A DNA stretch of 64,000 nucleotides from Podospora anserina (taxonomy: Eukaryota): the NCBI GenBank assembly GCA_017654855.1, contig CM030338.1, forward strand, positions 2,232,001 through 2,296,000, in the 5' to 3' direction. The notes under the pieces were generated by a model. That model was not told the DNA's origin. It searched no databases and saw only the letters and a list, made by a program, of their open reading frames with translations. The stretch's first letter is position 1; each line of letters begins with the position of its first letter. The position numbers and the translations under genes are program-made. Positions 11,436 through 24,547 of this stretch are shown piece after piece.

Positions 11436-14400
11436 GTCGTCGTTTTATGCCACTATTCAGGTTATAGTAGCAAGGCTGGCTCGCGAGGCTGCCAGGGTTG
11501 TCGAAACTGGAGTCTTTTACAGAGGATTGTTCTTGTGGAACATCAACAACCGAAGTGATCACCAACTGAAGTGCTGGGGACCCTAGTCTCTATCAGGCAT
11601 TGAGCGGTGTGGCGCGTAAGAGTGCCAAGAACGAGGCCGGCCCGCTGTGAGAGGCGCTGAACGGAGATCGTACAGGCTCAGATGATGGCGGGGAGCCACA
11701 CATCGCGTGAGAGCTGCAGGTTCATCCCATATCGACCGCCTTCCCTTCAGCTTGAGCATAGCGCGTCGGTCATGGGCAAAGAGTCTTCAAGGCCCTTACA
11801 ACACTGTTTCTGAAAGTCAATGAAACGAGAAACCCAACACTCGCAACCGTCACTTCCCTTGTTCTTGAGTTGATATCTGACAAGAATAACCTGGAAGATC
11901 GAGCCCCTATTTCCCACGCCTCTTCCTTGTTTGCCACGCCGCAGCCTTCATCCCATCACGAAAAGGACCGCTTTGACGAGTTTCTTCCCGAGGTCTCCAC
12001 GAACGTCAGCTTCTAGAAGATTGCTTCTTTGATCTTAGCGTCTGATACTGCCAGCGCCAACCGGAAGGGGGATGCTGGGGTCTTGGGACGCGAAATTAAT
12101 TTAAAGCTGGCTCGGCAGCTGGGCGGCTCAACCTTTCATGCATCTAAACGGAATATCAATGGGCGCCTCGCATGCTGGCCCTGTGGAAAGCTTCGAAAGG
12201 CGTTCGCCAACCAGCACGAAAAGAAATAACTTGAACCATGGTGCACAACGCAGATTCCGGGTAACTGGTAACAGCGGTTTTTTTTTTTTTTTTTGGGGTT
12301 TTTTTTTGCAGCAGCAGCGGCGCAGGCGGTCACGCCGGCGGCCAGGCTCTTGTCAGCTGAAGTTACATTTCGCAATTGCGGGAGGCGGCGGGGATCTTTC
12401 GTGCAGCAGAAGCAAGTTGGTTGACGATGGAACCCTCCATGACATCCTCGCATTTCTCCATCGTGGAGGTCGAATCAGCGTGCTGTTCCTCACATCTGCC
12501 CAGGCACCAAAGGAGTGGAGCAGCAGCTTTTCTCTCTCAGGGGATTGGCTCTGTTGTTTTTTTCACGATCCACAGACACGCGGTTGGCGGGCTCCAATCT
12601 AGGTAGTCGATTGTAGTAGTTCCACCCAGCGCAGGTCTGAGGGCTTCCTAGACCTGCTGGATCTTTTAATTACAGACAATTTCCAGCGATCGGGAATTTG
12701 ATAGCAACCATACCTAGCCAACTTTTCGATTTTCGTCCCAGGAAAGATGTAGAATAGGGGCCTTGTTTGTTGTGTCCATCACGGCATTCATGCATGGCAA
12801 CGTCGATAGGCAGAGGACACTGCGGCTTTCTCTATCGGATCATGAGAGAGCGGACACCTGCAGCAAGAGGGTTGTCGATCACATAAGCGGGGTGCCAGGG
12901 GGTTGCCAACTTCTTGCGGCAACGAAAGATACCGCAAGGATTATCGTACAATGGATATGTGCATATCCAGGCCACTACTATCGGCCTCGATCCGTCGCAT
13001 TGTGTTTTGCCCTTTCGTCATAGGGGTTTAGGTTGTTGCCATACAAGGTGCTACGAGATACAACATGGCGGCAGAGCAACCGGAACACATCTCGTCAATG
13101 GGCTTGGGATGGCGCTGCGAACGGCCGCAGATGTGGCTGTTGTACCTATTCAACGCTGTTGGCCACAGACGATTGACGGACGATTGCCTGTCGCATAGTT
13201 GAGTGTTCGGCTAATTATGGCAACGTTTCAAAAGACTGCATTGACTGAGGTACAGTTTTGTAGTATATTGGGAAGGTGTTTTGGTGTGCACGGATGATGA
13301 CGATGTTGTAGAGGAGGGCACGCAACGTTCCAGAAGGGAGAGGAGGTTGGGACAACCATATATATATATATATATATGTATCGTGGTATCTCATTTGGAC
13401 CTTCACAGCCGGGAGGGAACAGTGCCATGGGGGCGGGTTTGTTGTGGAAGCATGAAAGAAGGTTTTGTTTTTGATATTGGTATTACCACCCACCTGGGCA
13501 ACTACTCGACCCTTGTTTTGGTGTTGCAAAAGCGGTGAAGAGCGCGCGCTTCCTAACCTTACTTGCATAAACCTCACGAGCAGCAGCAGGCCGCGATTCA
13601 GTATTCACGCAAGCAAATGAATTGGACATGACGCCGGCGGTACTCCCTGGCGGCCGGGCGAAGTGGTCTACCGTCTTTATAAAAATGACGGGCAGTCCGT
13701 GGTCACGGACGGGCCCGGTGGTTTTTTTGTCGTATGGTTTTTGGAGATTTGTATCCACTGTTCTCCATTGTGACCTGGGATTGGGGGTGGATGTGGAAGA
13801 TTAACAGATGCAGGTTGCAGGTATCGAGGCATTGGGGATGATGCGACGATGATGGGCAGGCAGGCACTCCGGAGTTTTTTTGTTCATTCCTGCGGTTTGA
13901 GAGACAACTTTGACAACGGAAAATGCGGAAGAGGGATGGATGATGGGCTTTGATGTAAGGGGAGCTGTTTGTTTGGCTGGCGATCTGCTAATAAGCTCAG
14001 AGACGGAGATGTCTCAGACATTGGCGATCAACGTTTTCTGCCGTGTTTGGCTTTGTTGATGTTGATATTTTTTTAAATTCATTTTTATTTTTTGCCAGCT
14101 CAGAGGTTATGGTAAACCAGACCTGACAACAATGGATGGTGGCCTTGTAACAGTACGGGGGCAAAACACCCAGCTCGATGATGGTCGATCTGGAACTGGA
14201 AGCCAGGCGATTGGGGGCTTGGAGGGGGTGTTTCAAGACCGCTCAAAGGAGGGGTCAATAGGGCGGCAGAAGGGAAAGGCGAACTGGTGGTGGAGATGCG
14301 GGAAACAAAGGAGATGGTGGTGGGGTTGGGGCTGTCACGGTAATATATCAGTTTCGCCATCGATGGGGCCGATTTCTTTTCTTTTTTGTCTCGGTCTGAG

Positions 14401-15253
14401 AAAGACCTTCCAACAAACTGTCACGGGGTTGTCGTGATGATGCTACTGTAGGTGTATGCTAGCCCCGGTAGATAGATAAAAATCCCATCATCTGCGAGTT
14501 GTTTCGGCTAATGGCGCCGTCTCTCACTAGCGGGCGCCACTCCACTGCCCAGTGCCTTGTGCTACCAGGGGTTGCTCTTTCGGGAAGCCCAAAAGACCAT
14601 TTTGATCGAAGGAGGTCTCGGTCAAATGCGCGCCTCCAGGCGATCTCTTGAGCGGGCAGCCTCAGAGCAGGCTGGGATGCGAAGCCGAGAAGCGAGAAAA
14701 GACATCGATGAGGCAGTGGAAGGCGTAGAACAACAGGTAGCACCATCAGTAATTCAGTATCATCAGGGTTGCCGGCTTCAGACTGGACAGGGGGTCAGGG
14801 GGCCGGCTCCTCAGGGGGGGATCTTTATTTTTTCTGGCTGCTTGCTTGCCAAAGGGAACAATGTCCGGGCTCTGGCCAGTTAGGGATCTTGGGGGGCCCC
14901 ATAATTCCTGCAAGCTCCGAAGAAAAAATTCGCTGCCATTGGCTGGGCTACTGGTCCCCCCCGAATTGCAGCGTGCATGGCTCCGTGTTTCCTTCACATT
15001 AACAGAACCAACCCTCCCACTCTCCTCCTCTTCCTTTGACCTCCGGCTCACACCCTCCCGCGATCCTGATTCCTGAGTTGAGCAGCACACAGCAAGGCCA
15101 ACCCGCCCTTTCTGTCTGACTGCCGAACCCGACCCCCGACTCGAACAACCATCGCGGCGTGTTGTTTTCCATCAGCCTTTTCCCTTTCCTTCATTACAAC
15201 CAAAGTCCTAATAGCCGTTCGATTGACGGTTTGCCGGTTGTCCGGAAACAATA

Positions 15254-15659
15254 GTGAGTGAAGCCTCCCACACACACCCACACACACCGCACCCCCAAAC
15301 CCCCCAAACGGCTTTTCCCCAGGACAGCCAGCAAGCAAGCCTTTCTTCTGCCACACACCAAGGGTTCTCGTGGCGCTCCATCAAAGCGACTCTGTCCCGA
15401 CGTCGAATTGAATTGCGAATCGTGTAAACATCGAAGGGTTATCCATCACTGTCGCTGTCGAGAGGGAGAGAGGCGGGCTTTGTCATCGCGGGAAGGTGGC
15501 AGAGGACAAGAGGGAGTTGACGGCGACGAAAATCGGCCGATCGGCCCTGCCCAGCCCAGAGAGGTCGCAATCCCAGGCCAAACGCGCGACCGTAAAATCA
15601 TCATCTCAACTCTCGACGACTGGATAGACTAACGCGTGGTGTTTTCTTCCCATCAGCAG
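15254..15659 (+). other. Probable 5'-UTR intron of gna-1 with tandem (NAGNAG) acceptor
   Basis: Donor GTGAGT at 15254, branch GACTAAC at 15627-15633, a pyrimidine tract and CAGCAG ending 15656/15659, about 80 nt before the ATG at 15740. Confidence 0.6.
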
Positions 15660-15739
15660 ACCGTTTCGTTCGAATTAATATCCCCCGATTGAAAACATAC
15701 CTTTTTTTGATCAGATTTGTCATCGACATCTAAGCCAAG

Positions 15740-17054
15740 ATGGGTTGCGGAATGAGCACAGAGGAGAAGGAGGGCAAGGCCCGGAACGAGGAGATTGAGA
15801 ACCAGTTGAAGAGGGATCGGATGCAGCAGCGCAACGAGATCAAAATGTTGCTTCTGGGTGAGTTTTTATCGTCTCCGCGGCGGGTCCTTATGTGGCCCAT
15901 TGTTCGCTGAGTCGTCGTCCCATCGGCCAATGGCGCGAGGGACGCCGGCGAGGTGCCCTGTTATCAGTACCCCCCGGGGGCTAACCATCAATCGCAGGTG
16001 CTGGTGAATCCGGAAAGTCAACTATTTTGAAGCAGATGAAGCTGATCCATGAGGGCGGCTACTCGCGCGACGAGCGCGAGTCCTTCAAGGAGATCATCTT
16101 CAGCAACACTGTCCAGTCGATGCGCGTCATTCTCGAGGCGATGGAGTCATTGGAGTTGCCATTGGCCGATGCCCGCATGGAGTACCACGTCCAGACCATC
16201 TTCATGCAACCAGCTCAGATTGAGGGAGATGTCCTCCCCCCAGAGGTTGGCAATGCCATTGAGGCTTTGTGGAGAGATGCCGGTGTCCAGAGCTGCTTCA
16301 AGCGCTCAAGAGAGTATCAGCTCAACGACTCTGCCAGATAGTAGGTTTCTTTGTGCTTGCAAATGTGCTGTGCAATCATTGTTAACCCATTCACTCCAGC
16401 TACTTTGACAACATCGCTCGTATCGCCGCCCCCGACTACATGCCCAACGACCAAGATGTCCTTCGGTCCCGTGTCAAGACTACTGGTATCACGGAGACGA
16501 CTTTCATTATTGGTGAGCTCACGTATAGGATGTTCGATGTCGGCGGTCAAAGATCAGAACGTAAGAAGTGGATTCACTGCTTCGAGAACGTCACGACCAT
16601 CCTGTTCCTCGTCGCTATCTCCGAGTACGATCAGCTCCTGTTTGAGGATGAGACGGTCAACCGCATGCAAGAAGCTCTCACGCTCTTCGACTCCATCTGC
16701 AACTCCAGGTGGTTCATCAAGACCTCGATCATTCTCTTCCTCAACAAGATCGACAGGTTTAAGGAGAAGCTCCCTGTCAGCCCAATGAAGAACTACTTCC
16801 CCGACTACGAGGGTGGTGATGACTACGGCCAGGCTTGCGACTACATCCTCAACCGTTTCGTGTCCCTGAACCAGCACGAGAGCAAGCAGATCTACACACA
16901 TTTTACTTGCGCCACGGACACAACGCAAATCCGCTTCGTGATGGCTGCTGTGAATGGTAAGCTTGTTCATTTTTCACGTCCGGGTGCCAACTAGGTGCTA
17001 ACTGTCACAGATATCATCATCCAGGAGAACCTCCGCCTCTGCGGTCTCATCTGA
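15740..17054 (+). CDS. gna-1: Heterotrimeric G protein alpha subunit, group I / G-alpha-i (gna-1/fadA/MAGB orthologue), 353 aa; exons 15740-15857, 15998-16340, 16400-16956, 17011-17054
   Basis: MGCGMS myristoylation start; [10 protein letters not shown]-loop; [23 protein letters not shown]-terminal LRLCGLI. Three canonical introns give exactly 354 codons. Confidence 0.98.
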
Positions 17055-19527
17055 TAGCAGATCAGATGACGACTGGACTCGTCGGACGCAACACCATGCT
17101 GTCCGCCAGAGATCAGTCACACTTCATGGCACTCGGCCGAACATCGAATATACCCCACCGACCCTGATGTGAAACGGCGCGTACCATGAAGCTTATTCGC
17201 CCCCCACAACTGGTCCTACCCTCCTACCTCCCAGCATCCTCCAATCCTCATCGCTCTTGACCTTGTCACTTCATCAGGTCTCCCCTTTATTTGTTAGCCA
17301 CTGGAGAAAAGTCGGGGATGGCGATCCCCGATGTATGAATCGTATTGCGTGTATCTCCAACACAACGAAAGAGAGGTTTAGGGAGAGAGCAGCAGACGTT
17401 TTTTATGGTCGAAAAAGAAACCGGAATCTGGTTTTGGGGGAGGAACAGGGGAAGGGATACATATGTTGTTTAATCATGATGTCGTTTTTATTTTCCTTTT
17501 TTACTTTTCATCTCATTTTATCCTGTCTGCGCTGGTTCTCTCTATTTCTCTCTCTTTCTCTCTCACTCTCTACCTCTCACTCTGAAAAGAAAAATCACTC
17601 TCTGACTTGTCTGTCTGTTGTTGAACTCTATATGATTTTTTGTTCTACAAAGTCAAATGGAAAAACACAACGGTCCATGTCAACACACACTCTCTCCCTT
17701 CAAACTGCCCCCCTCCATTCCAATCGAAATGCTGGACGACCGTTACGACTATACTACTTCTATGCAATGGATGAGTGTGGGGGATGGATGAGGGATGGAT
17801 GATGGGATGGCTTGGTTGGGGTGGGGGTTGGGTGATGAGTGGGAGACGGACAGAGAGAGAGGGGGAGGGGAGGGGAGGGGATTGAGAAGCAGAGAGGAGG
17901 ATGAGGGTTGGAGGAGGGGAGGGGAGGGGAGATGATATACCACCGTGCTAACTGCGCATTTTCCTCTTTTTTCTGTTGTTTCTTTTTTCTACTGTTTATT
18001 GTTTCTCTCTCTCTCTCACACACACACACACTTTCTCTGTTACTCTGCCCGTTTTCTGTTTCTTTTGAACAGAAGAGGAGAGAGATTTTCTTTTTCGGGT
18101 TGTTAAATATTTGGAGCAATGGGTGGGTGGGGTGTTTTGTTGTTAGGGGGGGAAGGTATTTAGGTAGTTTTCTCGAGAGATGTGTGTAGTTGTTGTTGTT
18201 GTTGTTGTTGTTATTGTGTATGTGTAGTTTTGGGGGAGGAGGGGAGGGGGTGGAGGGCCGGTGAATTGAATGGGTGTTTTTCTGAATACCGTATCTGCTT
18301 GTTGAGTTGGTGACTGAACATATCCGTATGACTGAACAAAGTTTGAGATGAGTGATAAAGCAAACGTTTGACGGAAGGAGTTGTTGGTTGTCATGAGCAA
18401 GACATGACACTGCCAGTGACACGCGGTCTAGTAGCAAACTGCTGATGACTAGGTATAGACGAGAAGCGCTGTCTAGATGATTCCAGCAGGATCCTAGCTA
18501 GTATTATTGCCGGCAACACCGAAACAGAGGCTGCGTGACAGTGTTGATCTCAACACTCGTTTTTTGTACTGGCGACACATGGTAGGTATATTGACTCCTT
18601 GCACAGCCATTGCAGACATTTACGTCATTCTTCCTTCACAATGGTGATTATTTTCAATTTGGAGTTGTATGGTGTTTTTCGCAGTGGGAAAACGGGACGT
18701 GGGATAAGGTGTGATTCCTCGGTACTTACAGTAGATGATGGGGGATGAAACACGGGGGTGGGAATACCATACCACATCACACCACACCACACCACACCAT
18801 ACCACCTTCAGTTTTGGGGGGTCAAAAAGGCATGGAAAGGTGAGGCAGTAGCGAGTGTTTCGATTTGTGGATCTGGTCATAAAGGGGTGATATAAACAGG
18901 GAGGATGTACATCATGGGACTTTTACATTCCTGTAACGGGGTGCTGGAGGCGGTGAAAGATTATATGTGAGTGATATGTTCTAAGGGTGTTGTTTAGTAG
19001 TGGCACAGCTAAGCCAGCCTTGTGCATATTGGGGATTATGCCATCGGGCTTTGGCTACCTACAAAGTAGGTTTTGGTACCGAACAGTGACTTTCAGCAGT
19101 GGGTAAAAGCGGCTGGAGATCTGGCTTTAGTCACTTTACTAGATTTGTTTCCAGTTCTCAGACTGCATTTTCTTCTCAACGAATAGGATGGATTGTTACT
19201 CGCGACGATCCCCCCGAGGCGCTGAATGGAACCTATAGACAGAGCATCATCATTGGAGGACAGAAAGCGGCTCAGCACCACCATCCAGTGATCCCACAGT
19301 TACAGTTAGATTGACCCAGGACCTACATGACCCCAAATACCGGACCTGCAGGAGACATCTGCTAAGCAACCGCCGCTGACATGTTTCACTGTAACGTGGC
19401 AATTGACGGTGAACGTAAAAATAGTCGGTTGATCATTCACACAAGCAATATGTTGACAGAACAAACTTGCTTTCATTGCTCCTTGTCAAATTAGAAACAC
19501 CCCTATCACTCACTCTCCTCTCCTGCC

Positions 19528-19564
19528 CCCGGTTCCAGTCTGGCCGGTTCCAGTCTGGCCGGTT
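19528..19564. repeat. 15-bp tandem repeat (CCGGTTCCAGTCTGG) x about 2.4
   Basis: Direct reading; intergenic. Confidence 0.85.
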
Positions 19565-20560
19565 ACAGCACAAGAGACAGAGAACAAGCAGTAGCAACAT
19601 ACAAAAAGCCTCCCACAAATCCCGTCAACAGTTTGGTTGTCTGCCCATCTCCAGTGACGTCAATCTGTGTCCCCTTTTCCGCTCTTTTGTTGACCGAGTG
19701 ATATGCGCTCAAAAGTTGTAAAATCGTGCCACCAACCCTGCGATATATGTGCAATCACCTCCTCTCTGGAAATACCCCACCACTTCCTGCCCGTACCATA
19801 TCATGCATCTCCTAGCCATACCAGAGTAACACGATACATCCCCAGAGCAAATAGAGCAATATCATTTTTATCCAGCCTCAAACTCAACCTTACACAACAG
19901 GACAGGGGTGGGTGGGAAAACAGACAGAAACTCAAGGGCTATAAGTATGTTGGGGTTACAAAAGTTGTGAAAACATGAAATTAAAAAAGAAAACAGCGCA
20001 CGTGTCAGTGGTTCTGTGTAATCTGTGTATTACAAAGTCCATAAAAAACCCTCGCCTGGCTCGAAAAGAAAAAAAGCGAGCAGGCGGGTGGGAAAAGGGG
20101 CAAAGAGGGAGATAAAAGACCTTTTATATTGTGACGAAGTCAGGTGATCGTCTTCCTCCTTGCGGTGATTTCAGTGAAAGGGAAAAAAAGAGGGGGTATC
20201 GATTTGCATCCATTCCGAAAGAAAAAGAAATAAAGAAACTCCGGAGTGCTCTGGCCTCCTCGAGCTCTTGTCCTTCGAGGAGGAGGAACGAAAAAAGAAA
20301 CCTCCTCTTGCCTGGCCGAATAGACCAGCACGGTCTTGTGTCTTGTGATGGTGATATCCAGTACCGAGAAAGTGTTGCGAGGGGGGGGGGGGGGGGGGGC
20401 TAAAAGTGTGGGTTGATACTGTGACTTCCATACTCCGAATTTCTGGCGGTGTGGCGGTTATCAGTGGTATAGATATGGTGAAACCCCCCCTCAAGTGATG
20501 ATTTGGTTGCAAGCCGCTTGTGGCTTGCGGTGTAAAGCGTAGACAGGACGGCCGTTATTT

Positions 20561-21436
20561 CTAGGCACTGCCGTCATCGCCCATGCCATGTTGGCCAGCA
20601 CCAATTTGATTCCCCGCTCCTCCTGGCTGGCTTTGACTTGCGGTGGCCTCTTCGTACTCAGCATATTGAAGAGCCAACTGCTTGGCCGTGATCTCGAGCT
20701 GCCAATACAAACGTGTCGCACGATCAGCCGACCTCACTTCGTTCATGGCTTTGCTCACGAGCTGTTGGAGTATTGGGTTGTTGTTAATAGACGGAACGCC
20801 TCCTCCGCCAAAATTCATAGCTTGCATGGCATTGGAGTGAGCGGGTGGCAATAGAGAATGGGCCGGGGTGTAGCGGTAGTTGGGATCCGCAGGTAAAGCC
20901 GCACTTGTCGGCGGCATGATGCCCGCATGCTGGGCCATGGGTTGCTGAGTGCGAGTTTCTGTCTTTTGTCAGTATGAAATTCAACGGCAATCACGATGAA
21001 AGGGGCATACCGTGGAAACTGCATCTAGCGCCGCTGGCATTGAACCAACAGTTGGCACAGCTGCCACACATTTGGCCATCTACCACTACACACACGCTCC
21101 ACGGGCCGTGGCCTTTGTGGCAGTTTTTGCACGGTTGTGGAGCAAGAGTGCCCGAAATATGAGCAAAAAGCGCTTCCACATTACTCCGCCGATTCAAGTT
21201 GAGCTGTTGTTCTGGTCGACGTTGAGTCGCAAGACGTCTACCGGGCTCACGGGCCAACCGTTTCGCCAGGGCGCTCTCGACACTAAGGTTCTGGTAGCCA
21301 GACTCGCGGGCAAGTTCCTCTGTGATCCCCACGATTTGAGGCTCCATCGGCTGGTGAGAAGGTTGCATCTGCTGGGGAGGACCCATCTGGGCTTGGGGCT
21401 GCTGCTGATGCTGATGCTGGTGTTGTTGCTGCTGGT

Positions 21437-21492
<56 letters not shown>

Positions 21493-22079
21493 TGCTGTTG
21501 GTGTTGTTGCTGAGCATGCGCGAGCCCTTGCTGCAAATCTTGCATGTGATCATGAACACTCTGGCCCACGACTCCTCCTCCCACAACATTGGCACCGCCG
21601 TTAGCCAGCATGCTGGCGGTTGATAGATCAACGTGTTGTTGAAGGCCGGAGGCTCCGACTGAATGATCATCCTCCTCCATGTCGGCATCGGGTTCCGCCT
21701 CGCCGTGAGCATCCACATTGCCAAGTTCCGATTCCATAGCGGCGGCGGCGTAGTCTTCGACGCCCATGGGAACCCCAACTCCAACTCCGACGTCCACGCC
21801 TACGTTGTCGAACACGGAATGGTCGGGCTCGGGCTTGAGCTCGTCGAGGGCGTGCTGGGCAGCGTGGGCAGCAGCCACGTAGGGCGCAGCGTGCACTCCG
21901 TACTGGGCCTGAGCCTGAGCCTGAGCCTGCTGATGGGCCTGGTGAATCTGATGGGCGGCGTGGACGTCGAGTGAGCCCGGAACAACACCACGGGTGGGGC
22001 GACCGCGTGCCGTTGGCGGCTGCGGCTTCGTCACCTTGTTCGGTCGGCCGCGCTGCGGGCGGGGGACGGTCGATGTCAT
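20561..22079 (-). CDS. Putative nuclear protein with AT-hook-like motifs, polyQ tract and Cys-rich DUF3716-like domain (488 aa); exons 22079-21011, 20958-20561
   Basis: RGRP motifs (PQRGRPNK, TARGRPTR); 38-residue Q/H tract; CKNC..GPW..C..GSCANCWFN...RCSF. Intron 21010-20959 (GTATGC..CTGAC..CAG) joins the 362 and 125 aa ORFs in frame. Confidence 0.8.
21399..21512 (-). repeat. CAG/CAA trinucleotide repeat encoding a polyQ/H tract (21 uninterrupted Q)
   Basis: (CTG/TTG)n run on the + strand inside the DUF3716-like CDS. Confidence 0.95.
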
Positions 22080-23118
22080 GCTCCTGTCCAGATAGGACTC
22101 TAAAAATGCCCCGAAGCTCTAGGCGGCGTGTGGTCGCAGAGCTGGTTCGGGGAAGGATTGGTGATGTCGAGCAGCTGTCGTCAGCTGTAAAGCGCGCGTT
22201 TGGGATGTCGACGTTGGAAAGGAGAGCGGGCTGAGAGCTGAGGGCTGAATGCGAGGCCTGCAGAGCGTCTGCCAGCTGCGGAGTTGTTTTGCAAGACGAT
22301 TGCCCAATCAGAGTTTTTTTTTTTTTTTTTAACTCTCTTGCTCCGTTTCTGGCCCGTGCGTTGATTTGATAGCTGAGGTAGGTATCTGTATTCAATCTTC
22401 ACACATTCCATTCCAGTCCGCAACTTGGACCAGCTGCTCTCATCTTATATTCATGCCTGTCAAGCTCTGTTTGGGTGCCCGTGTCTGTCATAGCACTGAT
22501 TGCTGGTTATTCATTGAAGCCAACTGAAGTTGCTCCAGGCTGGGCTGAGGAATGTTCAAGCGTTTGCCCAACACTGCTCTCTCGGTGACTAATATCTGCT
22601 CATCAGATCAGAAACCGGCAGGTTGTATCGGTATCGGGTGTCAGCGACGCCAAGTTCGGTAGATGGCTTTGGAAGGAGACTGCCGCCCTCTGAGCCTCCA
22701 ATCAAGTTCTGTATCCATGGCTACAAATTGCCTTATTCAGCAGCTTCCAACAAGCCACTGGTCCTGTCGATCGGCACGACATGCGGCGGCCAAGAGGGTC
22801 CTCGGTGACGAGATAGGGCTTAGTGCCGTCTATTCCAGTGATATACGCCTTTCAGAGCACAATAGCGACCGGTACTGCTCGCGTCCTTCGGCTGCGTCCC
22901 CCGAATCCCGAGCAGTCTAGATCACTCAGATGCTTCTAAAGACGGCAAGATGCACCTTCCCTGTGCCAGGTGGGGTATGGAAGACTATGTGATATCCGAG
23001 TCTTCTGTACGATTAGGGGGGCCCCCTAAACACCATGACCTCTAGACACCGCTCTGTTGTTCTCGTCTCTCCCATCGCAACTGTTCGTCTCTAGGAAGAC
23101 AGGGAGACTTCCCAAGCC

Positions 23119-24336
23119 ATGCCTGTCACCATCTATCCATCAAGCCACCCCCCAGAACCTGCCCGTCTCCACCAGACTTACACACGAGTCACCTCTCCAG
23201 AGCAGCTGCTGTCATCCATCACCAGCCATGAAACAAACACAACCTCCAGATCCTCCCCTCCTCGAACGCGACCCATAATCCAGTCTTCCTTCTCAGAATC
23301 CCCATCCACTTCACCTACCATTCTCTACGCCGCCAAAAACGGCCTAGTCTACAGCTTGATAGAAGCCTACTCCAACCACCACAACCTCCTCCTCCGGCCC
23401 GACGACATCTGGCTCGCCATCCTCTCCCAGCTATCAGTCTACATCAACGCCAACGCCACCCTCCTCCAGCACCTGTTCATCCCCTCCTCCAGGAAACAGT
23501 CCTCCCCAGCCCAGAAACAAGACCTCTACATCCCAGTCGACCTATCCCCCACCCTCAACCACGGCTCCCTAGCCCAGCAAATGGCCTCCACCCTGCTCCC
23601 CTCCTCCCTGACAAACCCGGACATAGCCCACAAGTTTTTTCTTCCCTCCTTCACCACCACAACAGAAACAGACGAAATCGCCGCCTCGATCCTGCTGATG
23701 GGCTCCATGCAAAAATACTTTGTCTACAGCTGGGGAACCAGGTGCGGTATACCCTCAATAACCCTCCTTGGCGACCAGACCGACTGGGAGAAGATCCTCC
23801 ACCGCTGTGAAGAGTTTCTCGCCTCGGGAAGATTTGGTCAGGGGGCGAGAGACTGGTGGAGAGGTGGGTTGGGTTATGTCCTTTCCAACTTTGTGAGGTC
23901 GCTTCGAGACCCGGGTGGGAAAGAGACGAAGACGTTTTGGCAGAGGGTGTTGGATCGGCATGAGCCGAATGGGTCGGGCAAGACGACGTTTACGGGGTGG
24001 GTGGTCAATGGGTTTTGCTGGTGGGATGAGGAGGGGAGGCATGATCTGGGGAGGGTGCGAGGCGGGATGACTAGAGGAGAAATGCCGATGGGGTTTGGGA
24101 GGTGTCCGGTTAGCTTGTGGGATAATGGGGTCGAGGTCAAGACGGAGATGATAGCGGGGATGGTGGGGGTGAGAGTGGGCAGGATGGGGGATGTGCTGAG
24201 GAGGGTAGAGGAGGATGAGTGGCCTGGTGGGAGGCCTGAAGAAGGTGGAAGGATGCAGCCGAGAGCAGTCGGGGGGGTGACAGAAAAGATTGATACCCTT
24301 AGGCCGGAGGTGGGCTGGTTCATGTATTCGGTTTGA
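23119..24336 (+). CDS. DUF4419-like protein (405 aa, intronless)
   Basis: Family-type motifs NGLV...AYSNHHNLLLRPDDIWLAILSQ, FTTTT..D, MGSMQKYF.Y...CGIPSITLLG...DW and TGWV, ending RPEVGWFMY. Confidence 0.8.
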   Translation: MPVTIYPSSHPPEPARLHQTYTRVTSPEQLLSSITSHETNTTSRSSPPRTRPIIQSSFSESPSTSPTILYAAKNGLVYSLIEAYSNHHNLLLRPDDIWLAILSQLSVYINANATLLQHLFIPSSRKQSSPAQKQDLYIPVDLSPTLNHGSLAQQMASTLLPSSLTNPDIAHKFFLPSFTTTTETDEIAASILLMGSMQKYFVYSWGTRCGIPSITLLGDQTDWEKILHRCEEFLASGRFGQGARDWWRGGLGYVLSNFVRSLRDPGGKETKTFWQRVLDRHEPNGSGKTTFTGWVVNGFCWWDEEGRHDLGRVRGGMTRGEMPMGFGRCPVSLWDNGVEVKTEMIAGMVGVRVGRMGDVLRRVEEDEWPGGRPEEGGRMQPRAVGGVTEKIDTLRPEVGWFMYSV

Positions 24337-24547
24337 ACCCTTTCAAACAACTGGTAAAAACCCTTCTGGAAAGGGGCGCTGGAACAAAATGGGACAACGA
24401 CAAAAGGCAGACTGATACCACTTGCACATCATGGCGTAATGACAACCACATATTATTCCATACTTTCATTATATTACAGTCTTTGCTGCCCATCCATACA
24501 TACTCCAACCTTTGATGTCCTGTTTCCCGCATTAACCCCCCTCCCCT

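Noticed and set aside
11600-15200. Short ORFs between the Smr gene and gna-1
   Set aside because: They are interrupted by homopolymers and microsatellites and lack protein-like motifs; interpreted as a divergent promoter region.
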